Assembly (NCBI GenBank): GCA_964390695.1
Contig: CAYMKI010000002.1
Location: 6,716-70,715 of the forward strand
Length of the DNA: 64,000 nt
Reading direction: 5' to 3'
Source: an uncultured bacterium
GTDB lineage: Bacteria; Chlamydiota; Chlamydiia; Chlamydiales; Parachlamydiaceae
Made by a program: the position numbers and the translations under genes. Of this stretch, positions 53,796 to 61,830 are shown piece by piece. Below the pieces are notes generated by a model. That model searched no databases and had not been told where the DNA came from. It worked only from the letters and a program-made list of their open reading frames with translations. Numbering within the stretch: position 1 is the first letter of the stretch; each line of letters opens with the position of its first letter.

Positions 53796-53818
53796 GAATT
53801 AACCAAAACAACAATTTT

Positions 53819-53938
53819 ATGAAAACTTTCAGAACATTATTTATCATCGCATCAGTAGCAATAATTGCTGCCTTCATCTACAAATTGGTAGAGAAGGTTA
53901 ACAACCCAATGGAGTTTCACAACATAATCCAAAAGTAA
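53819..53938 (+). CDS. 39-aa single-TM mini-protein (below the ORF-track cutoff)
   Basis: Hand-translated MKTFRTLFIIASVAIIAAFIYKLVEKVNNPMEFHNIIQK. First ORF after promoter B. Confidence 0.4.
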   Translation: MKTFRTLFIIASVAIIAAFIYKLVEKVNNPMEFHNIIQK

Positions 53939-53944
53939 TAAGCC

Positions 53945-54151
53945 ATGTCAGCACAAATCGCCATCGGCCAAACCGCTACTGTCTCCAAGGCGGACTACTC
54001 CGAAGCAACTGGAAAGGTAGTTTCGGTAAATGAACACCCTATTGTTGTCTTTTTAGGGACTTGTGAGTATCCAATTAGAGGTGAGGGAATGGAAACTAAG
54101 GTAACAATCATTGACGAGAACGGAAAAGAGCATTCAGGAAGCATTATTTAA
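53945..54151 (+). CDS. hypothetical protein
   Basis: 68-aa ORF. Confidence 0.5.
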   Translation: MSAQIAIGQTATVSKADYSEATGKVVSVNEHPIVVFLGTCEYPIRGEGMETKVTIIDENGKEHSGSII

Positions 54152-54162
54152 CCAAACAAAGC

Positions 54163-54441
54163 ATGACAGACTATCTAATCACACCCGAAGAGGCCAGAAA
54201 GGCTAAAATCAACTTGCCTGACGGCTACGATGCCTTTACAATCAATTACGGCCAATTGTGCCAACTGATTGAGGAGACCGCGCCCTATACCGACTTCTTG
54301 GTTATAAAGTATCCCATAAAGTGGAAATGGTTGAAAAGACTCAAAAAGAAGGGGTATTTTGTTAACTCAATGAAAGAGAGAATAACCCAGCAGGAATTCA
54401 CCTTTATTAGCTGGAAGAAAATGGTTACTGACGAGGCCTAA
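54163..54441 (+). CDS. hypothetical protein
   Basis: 92-aa ORF preceded by TTAACCAAAC. Confidence 0.5.
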   Translation: MTDYLITPEEARKAKINLPDGYDAFTINYGQLCQLIEETAPYTDFLVIKYPIKWKWLKRLKKKGYFVNSMKERITQQEFTFISWKKMVTDEA

Positions 54442-54454
54442 TGGCCGAAACCTA

Positions 54455-54466
54455 CCCCTTCGGGGG
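54455..54466 (+). promoter_or_regulatory. cUUCGg-type intercistronic hairpin
   Basis: CCCC-TTCG-GGGG, followed by the CTAACCAAAAAAA leader. Confidence 0.55.
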
Positions 54467-54504
54467 GATGGTCTAACCAAAAAAAGTCCCTAACGGGCAA
54501 TATT

Positions 54505-54942
54505 ATGAGCACAAGAGCAAACATTATTGTGAAAGAAGGAAATGAAAACCTTATTTTTTATCGCCACAGTGACGGTTACCCAGAAGGTACGATTCCTTCT
54601 TTAAAAAAGTTTGTCGATTTAATGAAGTCTGGCGTTGTCAGGAACAATATTAGCCAAGGTTGCGGCTGGCTTATTATTTTGGGTGCACTAGAATACGCAT
54701 CTATTCCAAGAATATTGGAAGCAGATGAAGACGGAAGCCCGAAGACATGGGAAGATATTCTTATAACAGATTGGAAGGTTGGAGCCTACGAGCCAACAAC
54801 AGGGATACATGGAGACATTGAGCACCTGTACTTGATTGACATGGATTTATTTAAGATTACAGAAATTCAAATAACCAAAAATTGGAAGACGGCAAAAGTC
54901 TTATACGTCCATTATGACGCAAACTCCACTAAGGGAGTATAA
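54505..54942 (+). CDS. hypothetical protein
   Basis: 145-aa ORF (IFYRHSDGYPEG...). Confidence 0.55.
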   Translation: MSTRANIIVKEGNENLIFYRHSDGYPEGTIPSLKKFVDLMKSGVVRNNISQGCGWLIILGALEYASIPRILEADEDGSPKTWEDILITDWKVGAYEPTTGIHGDIEHLYLIDMDLFKITEIQITKNWKTAKVLYVHYDANSTKGV

Positions 54943-54962
54943 AGTTATTAGGCTTAGTGCGT

Positions 54963-54978
54963 CCTGCCTTCGGGCAGG
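54963..54978 (+). promoter_or_regulatory. perfect cUUCGg tetraloop hairpin
   Basis: CCTGCC-TTCG-GGCAGG, followed by GGTTAACCAAAC. Confidence 0.6.
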
Positions 54979-55010
54979 GGTTAACCAAACAAAGTCCTTC
55001 GGGCAACAGT

Positions 55011-55112
55011 ATGAGAAAATTAAAATCAGTTATCCTTTCACTCACTTGGATAGATGCAGTTCTTTGGGCTGCGCCTGCCACACTAATCCTAGTTTCAACC
55101 CTAAACAAGTAA
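55011..55112 (+). CDS. 33-aa hydrophobic mini-protein (below the ORF-track cutoff)
   Basis: Hand-translated MRKLKSVILSLTWIDAVLWAAPATLILVSTLNK, placed after the hairpin plus leader motif. Confidence 0.35.
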   Translation: MRKLKSVILSLTWIDAVLWAAPATLILVSTLNK

Positions 55113-55118
55113 TTCGCC

Positions 55119-55436
55119 ATGGCAAAGCAAACATTCGACATTGGCATTTATCACTTCCACCGCACCATCAGCGGGCCCCAATGCAAAGATGATGGCAAAA
55201 TGAAGCAAGGAGACGTAATAGGATGCCTTCATCCTCTCTACGATCACCCAGTTTTTGCCTATGGCATTCATCAACAGAGCAAAGACTCGGTACAACTTGT
55301 ACGCCAAAACCTGCGGTTCAAAAAGATCATCACTTTGAACTATACGCCAGACTCCAACGAGTTGGAGATGCACACAAAGCTAAATGTAATGCTTAATTTC
55401 TTGGCCGATCCATCTAAACAACTGCAAATCGTATGA
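55119..55436 (+). CDS. hypothetical protein
   Basis: 105-aa ORF. Confidence 0.5.
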   Translation: MAKQTFDIGIYHFHRTISGPQCKDDGKMKQGDVIGCLHPLYDHPVFAYGIHQQSKDSVQLVRQNLRFKKIITLNYTPDSNELEMHTKLNVMLNFLADPSKQLQIV

Positions 55437-55957
55437 AACCAACACACGAACAAATCGAAACCGCAAAACAAGTTCTTTCCGATGCTGGTTTTATCCAAGT
55501 CTATTGGACTGAAGAGGACATTAGAACCAGACAAGATGAAGACGAACCGCTAACGGATGAGCAAGTGAAAAACATTCGCGAAAACATCGAGCGGAGACAC
55601 GATGCTAACATTGGAATCAATTGGGAGGTAATTGACATTTATATTCATGATGAGTTACACCCAGTTGAATGGAATTTTAAGGAAGTAGCGTCACACACGC
55701 CTATTGACCAAACAAAAACCTATTGGGCTATCGCTACCGAAACAATCAGTAGCCCTGAATTCGCATGGAGCGATGAAAACGAAAATCCTATTCTATTCGC
55801 TACCAAAGAGGAAGCCGAAAAAGAACTGAAGGAAGACGAACACAACGAGGACGAGTTTGTAACAGAAGTAAAAATTGAAGATGGCTTTCTAAAGTCTATT
55901 AACGATCGCTGCGACTGGCGCAAAATTGCAAACTTGGACTTGCTGAAGGTTAACTGA
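55433..55957 (+). CDS. strongly acidic hypothetical protein
   Basis: 174-aa Asp/Glu-rich ORF with an ATGA overlap upstream. Confidence 0.55.
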   Translation: MKPTHEQIETAKQVLSDAGFIQVYWTEEDIRTRQDEDEPLTDEQVKNIRENIERRHDANIGINWEVIDIYIHDELHPVEWNFKEVASHTPIDQTKTYWAIATETISSPEFAWSDENENPILFATKEEAEKELKEDEHNEDEFVTEVKIEDGFLKSINDRCDWRKIANLDLLKVN

Positions 55958-55978
55958 CGAAGGCTTCATTAGCCGAAA

Positions 55979-55995
55979 CGGGACTTTACATCCCG
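55979..55995 (+). promoter_or_regulatory. intercistronic hairpin
   Basis: CGGGA-CTTTACA-TCCCG, followed by TATTAACCAAAAAAACAACTGTATG. Confidence 0.5.
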
Positions 55996-56017
55996 TATTA
56001 ACCAAAAAAACAACTGT

Positions 56018-57160
56018 ATGAAAACAACAATCAAATTTTACGGGACTGAAATCACATTATCCGGACTCAAAAGAGAATGCGAAACTATCAGCGAAGCATT
56101 CGGCAAACTTCAAAAAATCAAGCAGTACCAATTAACCTACTCAGGTGTAAAGAAAGAAGGTATCGAACCCGAAGGAACTTTGCTCTATGTAATGTTCGGA
56201 ACCAACAAATTAAGAGAAGAGGAAGCCTTCGCAGCTAAGATAGAGGACTTCAAAACCCGTATACCTGCTATTGTCACGCTGGAGGACGTTAAAAGACTCC
56301 ACGCTGAGATGAAAGAAATTTTTAATGCTCACGTATGTATCGTAGATGATCGTATCACAGAAGAAGAAAAGGCCGAGCAGGAGGCCGAACGCCAAAACGA
56401 TCAGGAGGAACGCGAACGCCAGGCGTTGGAAGTTCAAAAACTTGTGAACCTGAAAGGAGAAGGAGAAGTTACGCGAGGTGTAAACGATATGTTTTTGACC
56501 ATTCAGGCATATTTTAACGACTCCCATTCAATGGTTGACTACTTCCATCCCCACCATTCAATCGGTGGAGCCTACGCCATTGGAATCGTTTCAAAGGGAG
56601 CACGTAAGGAAAGCCTTGTGAGGGATATAATCGCTGCCGTTCCCGAACTTCAGGCGTATGAGTGGAACTGGAACATTCAAGAGTATAGCAATGGTCATGG
56701 AACGTTTATGGAATCCTCACAAGTTGGCATCGCCCCAATAAAAGCCTATGACGGACGCAAAGAGGTAGGCTATTGGTACGAAATCTCTTTTTCCAATGCT
56801 ATCACCCTGCCCAAGTCTCGGCTATTCGTTGAGCAATTGCCGCAGCCCAAAGGAAAGATAGAAGGCGCTGCCCCTTCCGGGAACAAAATTGCCACCTGCA
56901 AAATCAATCAGGAGAAGAAGGGGATTGAATTGTACTTCAATTCTAAGCCGGCATCCGCAGTTTTAGACGATTTGAAGGCCAACGGATGGCGCTGGTCACG
57001 TTTTAACTCATGCTGGTACAAGTTGGGCAACTCTATCGCTAGGAGAACGGCTTCAAAGTATGCAGAAGTGCCAAATACGCTGAATGCGACTGAAAGATTA
57101 GCCACTGCTGGACTTGTGGAAGATCAAGAAGAAGCAGCCATCGCCAACGGAAAATATTAG
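56018..57160 (+). CDS. hypothetical protein with a C-terminal GIELYF...LKANGWRWSRFNSCWYK module
   Basis: 380-aa ORF. The C-terminal motif resembles modules seen at the ends of plasmid/phage antirestriction-type proteins (from memory, weak). Confidence 0.55.
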   Translation: MKTTIKFYGTEITLSGLKRECETISEAFGKLQKIKQYQLTYSGVKKEGIEPEGTLLYVMFGTNKLREEEAFAAKIEDFKTRIPAIVTLEDVKRLHAEMKEIFNAHVCIVDDRITEEEKAEQEAERQNDQEERERQALEVQKLVNLKGEGEVTRGVNDMFLTIQAYFNDSHSMVDYFHPHHSIGGAYAIGIVSKGARKESLVRDIIAAVPELQAYEWNWNIQEYSNGHGTFMESSQVGIAPIKAYDGRKEVGYWYEISFSNAITLPKSRLFVEQLPQPKGKIEGAAPSGNKIATCKINQEKKGIELYFNSKPASAVLDDLKANGWRWSRFNSCWYKLGNSIARRTASKYAEVPNTLNATERLATAGLVEDQEEAAIANGKY

Positions 57161-57184
57161 AGATACTTTTTTTGGTTAATTAGT

Positions 57185-57217
57185 AGCCTGCCTTAGAAAT
57201 GGGGCAGGCTTTTTTTA
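57185..57217 (+). terminator. intrinsic terminator ending the rightward block
   Basis: AGCCTGCC-TTAGAAATGG-GGCAGGCT followed by TTTTTTT. Confidence 0.8.
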
Positions 57218-57448
57218 TGGGCATAAAAAAACTCAGGAATTGTGTTAGCGGATGTCAGTCCGATTAACATGAAAACGATTAAAAATAAACCTTTCATAAA
57301 TTTGATTTTTATTTTGGCGGAATCACCCGTACCCGTGTTGTTCAGAATTCCAACTGTTCCCTTGGTGATGCTAATTTAAGTGTTTTTTGCTTCTTGGCCA
57401 TCTTTTGCGTCTGTGTCGGGGCTTGTGTTGGATGGGTGGTGAAATCGG

Positions 57449-57718
57449 CTAAATATCCATAGCGCAATCATGCGTGCAATCCTCGCAACAAGTGCAAGTA
57501 AACGTATCATCATTATTAACGTCTGATTGATACGGGCAAGTGTGATCTTCTTGCGCCTTACCCTTTTCGCATTTATGGCATTTCTCAATAGGTTCTTTCT
57601 TCACCTCCTTAATCACCACGTCAATGGCTTCTTTAACTCTAATACCATCAAAAATATCAACCCCCTTGATATATTCCTTGTTGCTCTCCAACACTTCGAT
57701 AGCTGTCTTTAAGTCCAT
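57449..57718 (-). CDS. Cys-rich small protein
   Basis: 89 aa; HKCEKG...HTCPYQ...FTCTCCEDCTHDC. Confidence 0.5.
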   Translation of the reverse strand: MDLKTAIEVLESNKEYIKGVDIFDGIRVKEAIDVVIKEVKKEPIEKCHKCEKGKAQEDHTCPYQSDVNNDDTFTCTCCEDCTHDCAMDI

Positions 57719-57721
57719 AGG

Positions 57722-57913
57722 TCATTTTTTAGGTGGTTCTGGTAGCGGCATCCAATGAGTTATTCTATCTCCAAGAAATGAATCAAATACATCTGGAAAT
57801 CTAGTAGTTGTAAATGACGTTCCTATTTCTTTGTTTCCAGCCCCGTAAGTTGCACAAGTAAGAACCTTTACATTTGGTTCTGGCATTCTATCCTTAACGC
57901 TTATCCATTCCAT
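57722..57913 (-). CDS. DUF551-like protein
   Basis: MEWISVKDRMPEPNVKVL...THWMPLPEPPKK. Confidence 0.7.
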   Translation of the reverse strand: MEWISVKDRMPEPNVKVLTCATYGAGNKEIGTSFTTTRFPDVFDSFLGDRITHWMPLPEPPKK

Positions 57914-57943
57914 AGATTTTATCGTTTAGGGTCTTTTTCAATA

Positions 57944-58165
57944 TCAATATTGTTTTGGGAAAGGTAGCTTGTAAGTCCAAAATGTGTATTGTTCGCCTTC
58001 ATCGCTTTTGACCCATCTGTTCATTCGGCATAATCCTATTTTGTGAAACTCTACCACATTACCGCACGGGTAATGCATATAGCCACAAACATAATATTCT
58101 CCATCGAAAGGAGGCATTTGTTCACGAGATAAAAACCATTCAATTTGAATGTTTATTATTTCCAT
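57944..58165 (-). CDS. hypothetical protein (DUF551-like?)
   Basis: 73-aa ORF. Confidence 0.45.
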   Translation of the reverse strand: MEIINIQIEWFLSREQMPPFDGEYYVCGYMHYPCGNVVEFHKIGLCRMNRWVKSDEGEQYTFWTYKLPFPKQY

Positions 58166-58410
58166 GTCAATTCAAAATTTTTCCATATCAAAATTGGTCT
58201 ATCTACATTACTATTATACCATTGAATTATTTCATCATGATATATTTCAACCACAGCATCATAAAGACGGGGCCAATTCCCTTTTTCAACATCTAAACCA
58301 AATTCTTTAATCGGTGCGTTCTGATTGCACATAATCAGAATTTCAGATTTCTTTTTCTTTTTTAGAGTTTTAAGCCATTGTTTTACGGCACTATATTCAA
58401 CGGTTGACAT
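58156..58410 (-). CDS. hypothetical protein
   Basis: 84-aa ORF. Confidence 0.5.
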   Translation of the reverse strand: MSTVEYSAVKQWLKTLKKKKKSEILIMCNQNAPIKEFGLDVEKGNWPRLYDAVVEIYHDEIIQWYNSNVDRPILIWKNFELTWK

Positions 58411-58433
58411 ATCATTCTTTATTGTTTATTATA

Positions 58434-58709
58434 TTAGTCTTTAAATCCGTTAGCGTATGCGAGGAGGAGGTAGAAGTTGGCGATGTCATCGACCATGTAA
58501 TCTTGCTCATAAAAATAAACCCCAAAATGATTAGCTATATCAACATCTTTTATAATTCTATGTTGAATTCTGCTTGGCACTATTGATATTTGAATGTGTG
58601 ACTTAGCTGTTTCATACGCATCCCTCGCTGAATACCCTTTAGGTAGGTCGAATTCGATTACCTTAGTCCGATAATCTCTTTTTTTTCTTTTCGTGCTTTG
58701 TGGATCGGG
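58434..58709 (-). CDS. start-less protein-like ORF in the +1 frame relative to the upstream gene; possible frameshift/slippage fusion at an A8 tract
   Basis: Hand translation: ...RDYRTKVIEFDLPKGYSARDAYETAKSHIQISIVPSRIQHRIIKDVDIANHFGVYFYEQDYMVDDIANFYLLLAYANGFKD. It fills an otherwise empty 250-nt gap and has no ATG until codon ~68. Confidence 0.4.
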   Translation of the reverse strand, partial: PDPQSTKRKKRDYRTKVIEFDLPKGYSARDAYETAKSHIQISIVPSRIQHRIIKDVDIANHFGVYFYEQDYMVDDIANFYLLLAYANGFKD

Positions 58710-59118
58710 TCAAATTCTTGATCGACCCAAAATTGTCTTTAGCAAACTTCACCTTTGCAAAGGCTTTATTCACTTCTTCGTTGTCTCTTTCGGCTAGTTT
58801 CTTGATTTTATTATCAACCTTTCTCTTTACGGATTCAGGAACTATGCGTAATGCCTGTTCGTAAACCCCTTCGTTGTCTCTTTCTCGTGCGCTGACATTG
58901 TCATCACCGATAGCTAAAATGGATTTTCTGGTAATTTCATCACCTCCAGCGGCAGCCTTTAGCAGAGCTTTTTTTACTTTATCGGAGGCGTATAGTTCTG
59001 CGGCCTCATCCATAAGATCGTACCTATTATGGGTTTGGCTTACCTCTAATTCATGACTAGCCCATTTGGGGTAACCATACTTCTTTGCAATCTTATCTTT
59101 TGCTTGTTTGTAAGTCAT
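58663..59118 (-). CDS. hypothetical protein ending in a Lys run
   Basis: 151-aa ORF. Its 3' end contains an A8 tract (58679-58686, reverse strand). Confidence 0.55.
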   Translation of the reverse strand: MTYKQAKDKIAKKYGYPKWASHELEVSQTHNRYDLMDEAAELYASDKVKKALLKAAAGGDEITRKSILAIGDDNVSARERDNEGVYEQALRIVPESVKRKVDNKIKKLAERDNEEVNKAFAKVKFAKDNFGSIKNLTRSTKHEKKKKRLSD

Positions 59119-59124
59119 ATTATT

Positions 59125-59340
59125 CTATTTACGGTACTCGTGAGTCTTATGTAATAATTCAACAATTTTATTGCTTTGTTTTGATATTTCTATTTGTGAA
59201 AAATCATCTTTCTTCCATTTTAGATAGTCTGAATTTGTGTTACTCAAATGGGTTAATGCGTAACACAATAAATCAAGTTCATCTTTAGAAAAAAAACATT
59301 TGACCTTGTCAGGCTGGCCGATGGCTATTGTGTTTTTCAT
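59125..59340 (-). CDS. hypothetical protein
   Basis: 71-aa ORF. Confidence 0.5.
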   Translation of the reverse strand: MKNTIAIGQPDKVKCFFSKDELDLLCYALTHLSNTNSDYLKWKKDDFSQIEISKQSNKIVELLHKTHEYRK

Positions 59341-59342
59341 GG

Positions 59343-59549
59343 TTAAAAAATTAGGTTCTTTGAAACAAGATCGTGAAGCATTATACTTCCATTATCACAA
59401 TCACATTGCTTTTGAATTGGGAATGTGCTATGCTCAGAAAACCAAGCGTTGAAATCTTCAGGCTTGGTTAGGTTGTTACCAAACCACATTTTTGTGATCT
59501 TGGAACACTTTCTACATTTTATCTCGTACGTGTATTCTTGATCTGTCAT
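59343..59549 (-). CDS. Cys-containing small protein
   Basis: 68 aa; CRKCSK...CDCDNG. Confidence 0.5.
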   Translation of the reverse strand: MTDQEYTYEIKCRKCSKITKMWFGNNLTKPEDFNAWFSEHSTFPIQKQCDCDNGSIMLHDLVSKNLIF

Positions 59550-59552
59550 AAC

Positions 59553-59867
59553 TCAAGGTTTAAATTCTGGTTTTGGTGCTTCTTTAATTGAATCCCTATT
59601 GATTATTCCGGTTGGATGATCGCAATGGCCTTGGCACCCGCAAGTCATAGGGTCTCCACATGATATGTATTTTACCCTTGCAGAAGAAAGGCAAGATTCA
59701 ATCTGAGCCTCACACGCTTCATCCCACTTCGAACGAGCGTACAATATAGCGGCTTGCTCTTGAGCGTACTGCAAATAATCATAGTCACTTTCTGAGTTAT
59801 TGTAATCCTCAAAGTTTTGATACTCGAGAGTTCTAGCTACTTCGTCTAATGCTTCGGGGTAACTCAT
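59553..59867 (-). CDS. Cys-rich small protein
   Basis: 104 aa; ...ISCGDPMTCGCQGHCDHP. Confidence 0.5.
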   Translation of the reverse strand: MSYPEALDEVARTLEYQNFEDYNNSESDYDYLQYAQEQAAILYARSKWDEACEAQIESCLSSARVKYISCGDPMTCGCQGHCDHPTGIINRDSIKEAPKPEFKP

Positions 59868-60235
59868 ATCGTTAATTTTTTAAGTACATCTTCATAAATA
59901 GATAATTGCAATTTAGATTGAACCGAAGCAGTAGAATTTTTTATGCTTGAAATATTCCAATCTAAAAAATCTATAGCTTTTTGATTTTTACTTTTTAGTT
60001 CTGCAATTTGCTCTCTAAGCGCATTACATTCGTTTATACAAGACATTCCATCCTCAACCCTTATCCTATTAGCGTGGAATAATTTTGATTCTAAAGGCTT
60101 TACTTTCTCAATCATGCACCTTGCAAACCCAACCATTTCACCCTCAGACCAGCAGCCAGCGTGAGCGCATTTATTGTCGGCAGGCTTTTTAATCTTTACA
60201 ATTTCTTCCCAATTAGGCTCTCCATTGTTTGTCAT
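59864..60235 (-). CDS. hypothetical protein
   Basis: 123-aa ORF. Confidence 0.5.
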   Translation of the reverse strand: MTNNGEPNWEEIVKIKKPADNKCAHAGCWSEGEMVGFARCMIEKVKPLESKLFHANRIRVEDGMSCINECNALREQIAELKSKNQKAIDFLDWNISSIKNSTASVQSKLQLSIYEDVLKKLTI

Positions 60236-60504
60236 AATGAATCAGGTGTAAATTTTGTTTCTAGCCAACTGTACAAAGAACCATTATGAAGCCAAGGGCA
60301 AAAGCCAGCAGGACTATGTTCATCAAACGAATAGCCACAATGAATACAAGAACATTGAATTTTTATTAGACTATTGAGTTGATCGGTATCAATACCGCTA
60401 CCATCACAAAAAATACAAGTAACTGGAACGTCCGCGCCATCGCGATTGACTTCTTTCTCACCTTGGCCATTGCAGTGTTCACATTTTAAGTCTTCGTATT
60501 TCAT
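60232..60504 (-). CDS. DnaJ-type zinc-finger small protein
   Basis: CEHCNGQG and CIFCDGSG (CxxCxGxG, two copies) plus further Cys pairs. Confidence 0.55.
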   Translation of the reverse strand: MKYEDLKCEHCNGQGEKEVNRDGADVPVTCIFCDGSGIDTDQLNSLIKIQCSCIHCGYSFDEHSPAGFCPWLHNGSLYSWLETKFTPDSL

Positions 60505-60713
60505 AATTTGTTGGCTAATTTTGTTAATTCCTTTTTTCCTTTCTTCTCAAAAATTGATACGCACTTGTCAGAGCATAAATGAAATTCATATTCCCAACCA
60601 GTATAATCATGCCGTCCTAAAAAGACTGTCATGGATGTCCAGTTTGATTTATCCCAGATAGATTCATGCCCGCAATTATCGCATCTGTAAATTGTTCTTC
60701 TTTCAACCCTCAT
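60501..60713 (-). CDS. zinc-ribbon small protein
   Basis: CDNCGH...CSDKC. Confidence 0.5.
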   Translation of the reverse strand: MRVERRTIYRCDNCGHESIWDKSNWTSMTVFLGRHDYTGWEYEFHLCSDKCVSIFEKKGKKELTKLANKL

Positions 60714-61150
60714 AGTTCTATTTGTAATTCTTGCTTCGTTAGAAAATAAAAGAGATTCTGAAGTTCGTGAACGTATTTGATTTTGGGCGTAAAGTGCTCA
60801 CCGTTGTAAGAAAATTTCTTAGTCCCTTGGTCATTCCAAATATGAAAAGTATCGTAAAACTCTCTTTGCTCGCCATTGTTTTTGATTTGCAAATCTAAAC
60901 CATTGTTAAGCCTCTTAAACCCCGCCTTAACAAGTATCTCCTCGGTGAGAGGGATGCCGCACAAATCAGCTATTAAAGCGGTGAATGATCTTTCTTGCTC
61001 TGAAATATTCTTTTCGGTGTGATACAATTCAACTGTATGCACACCAATCGCGCCCACAAGAAACTTGCCACCTACCGGAAGATGAACATAACTTGAACGA
61101 TTGATTAGGTCAACAGCATTCCCGATTCTCAAATCTTCTGGTCGTATCAT
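60710..61150 (-). CDS. hypothetical protein (MIRPEDL N-terminus)
   Basis: 146-aa ORF. Confidence 0.5.
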   Translation of the reverse strand: MIRPEDLRIGNAVDLINRSSYVHLPVGGKFLVGAIGVHTVELYHTEKNISEQERSFTALIADLCGIPLTEEILVKAGFKRLNNGLDLQIKNNGEQREFYDTFHIWNDQGTKKFSYNGEHFTPKIKYVHELQNLFYFLTKQELQIEL

Positions 61151-61152
61151 GA

Positions 61153-61389
61153 TTATTCAGGAATAAAACACCATGAAACAACTCTAATACCATAACTAGG
61201 ATATTCGCTATAATCAGGAGAGCCAGCAAAATTAGTAAACAACTTCCAGCCAAATTCAGGGTTAAAGCAACCCACAAGCGGGAATGATCCTTTTTCAATA
61301 TAAACAAGTACAACCTCATCGTTTGGAGGCAACTGTTTAATAGTTGGTATAAATCTAAAAGCAATTGCTAAATCTTCTGGTCGTATCAT
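61153..61389 (-). CDS. hypothetical protein (MIRPEDL N-terminus, paralogous start)
   Basis: Start refined to MIRPEDLAIAF (61389), removing the overlap with the HTH gene. Confidence 0.45.
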   Translation of the reverse strand: MIRPEDLAIAFRFIPTIKQLPPNDEVVLVYIEKGSFPLVGCFNPEFGWKLFTNFAGSPDYSEYPSYGIRVVSWCFIPE

Positions 61390-61400
61390 GTTAGTTTGGG

Positions 61401-61775
61401 TTATAAAGGTGGCAATCCATCTTCGTAGATATCCATAATCGGAAATGAGGAAGGAGCCGGACTTGGGGAGGATGGCAAGTCCTGGCTCTTCGGGGCTGGG
61501 TTGACGGAACCGGCAGGCGCTTTCACGTTTGAGAATGTCAACGGGATCTTTTTTGTTTTCTGATAAGGATTGGGCCACAGATCATCGAAAGATCTTCCGG
61601 TGTAGGCCATGATTTTGTGGTACTGATCCAAAGTTAATTTCCCGGCTTTGAGCCTGTATCTAAAGGCTTGGTAGGTGGTTCCCAAAATGTCTTTGGCAAA
61701 GTCCATCGGGCTGAAGCCTGCTGATCTAATTGCCTTGGTTAAATCGCTTTTCTTATTCACTTTTTGATCCATCAT
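61401..61775 (-). CDS. HTH transcriptional regulator (Cro/CI-type switch protein)
   Basis: DLTKAIRSAGFSPMDFAKDILGTTYQAFRYRLKAGK helix-turn-helix. Divergent from the integrase operon across an operator-bearing switch. Confidence 0.6.
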   Translation of the reverse strand: MMDQKVNKKSDLTKAIRSAGFSPMDFAKDILGTTYQAFRYRLKAGKLTLDQYHKIMAYTGRSFDDLWPNPYQKTKKIPLTFSNVKAPAGSVNPAPKSQDLPSSPSPAPSSFPIMDIYEDGLPPL

Positions 61776-61779
61776 GGCA

Positions 61780-61787
61780 CAAATGTA
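61780..61787 (-). promoter_or_regulatory. -7 box TACATTTG only 4 nt upstream of the HTH regulator ATG (leaderless-type transcript predicted)
   Basis: Reverse strand reads TACATTTG-TGCC-ATG. Confidence 0.5.
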
Positions 61788-61830
61788 TTAATATTCTTTA
61801 ATTAAAATACTCATATCTTTTATTTTTAGT

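Larger units (their letters stand above)
52734..53818. other. 1.1-kb non-coding control region between divergent gene blocks (candidate origin and/or attP/packaging region)
   Basis: No credible ORF. Contains repeat arrays, palindromes, a GC-rich core and two operator-bearing promoters. Confidence 0.7.

Noticed and set aside
57193-57297. 34-aa reverse-strand ORF (MKGLFLIVFMLIGLTSANTIPEFFYAHKKSLPHF) at the convergent junction
   Set aside because: It reads through the bidirectional terminator hairpin and has no leader motif. It could be a tiny signal-peptide-like protein, but the evidence is too weak to list it as a feature.
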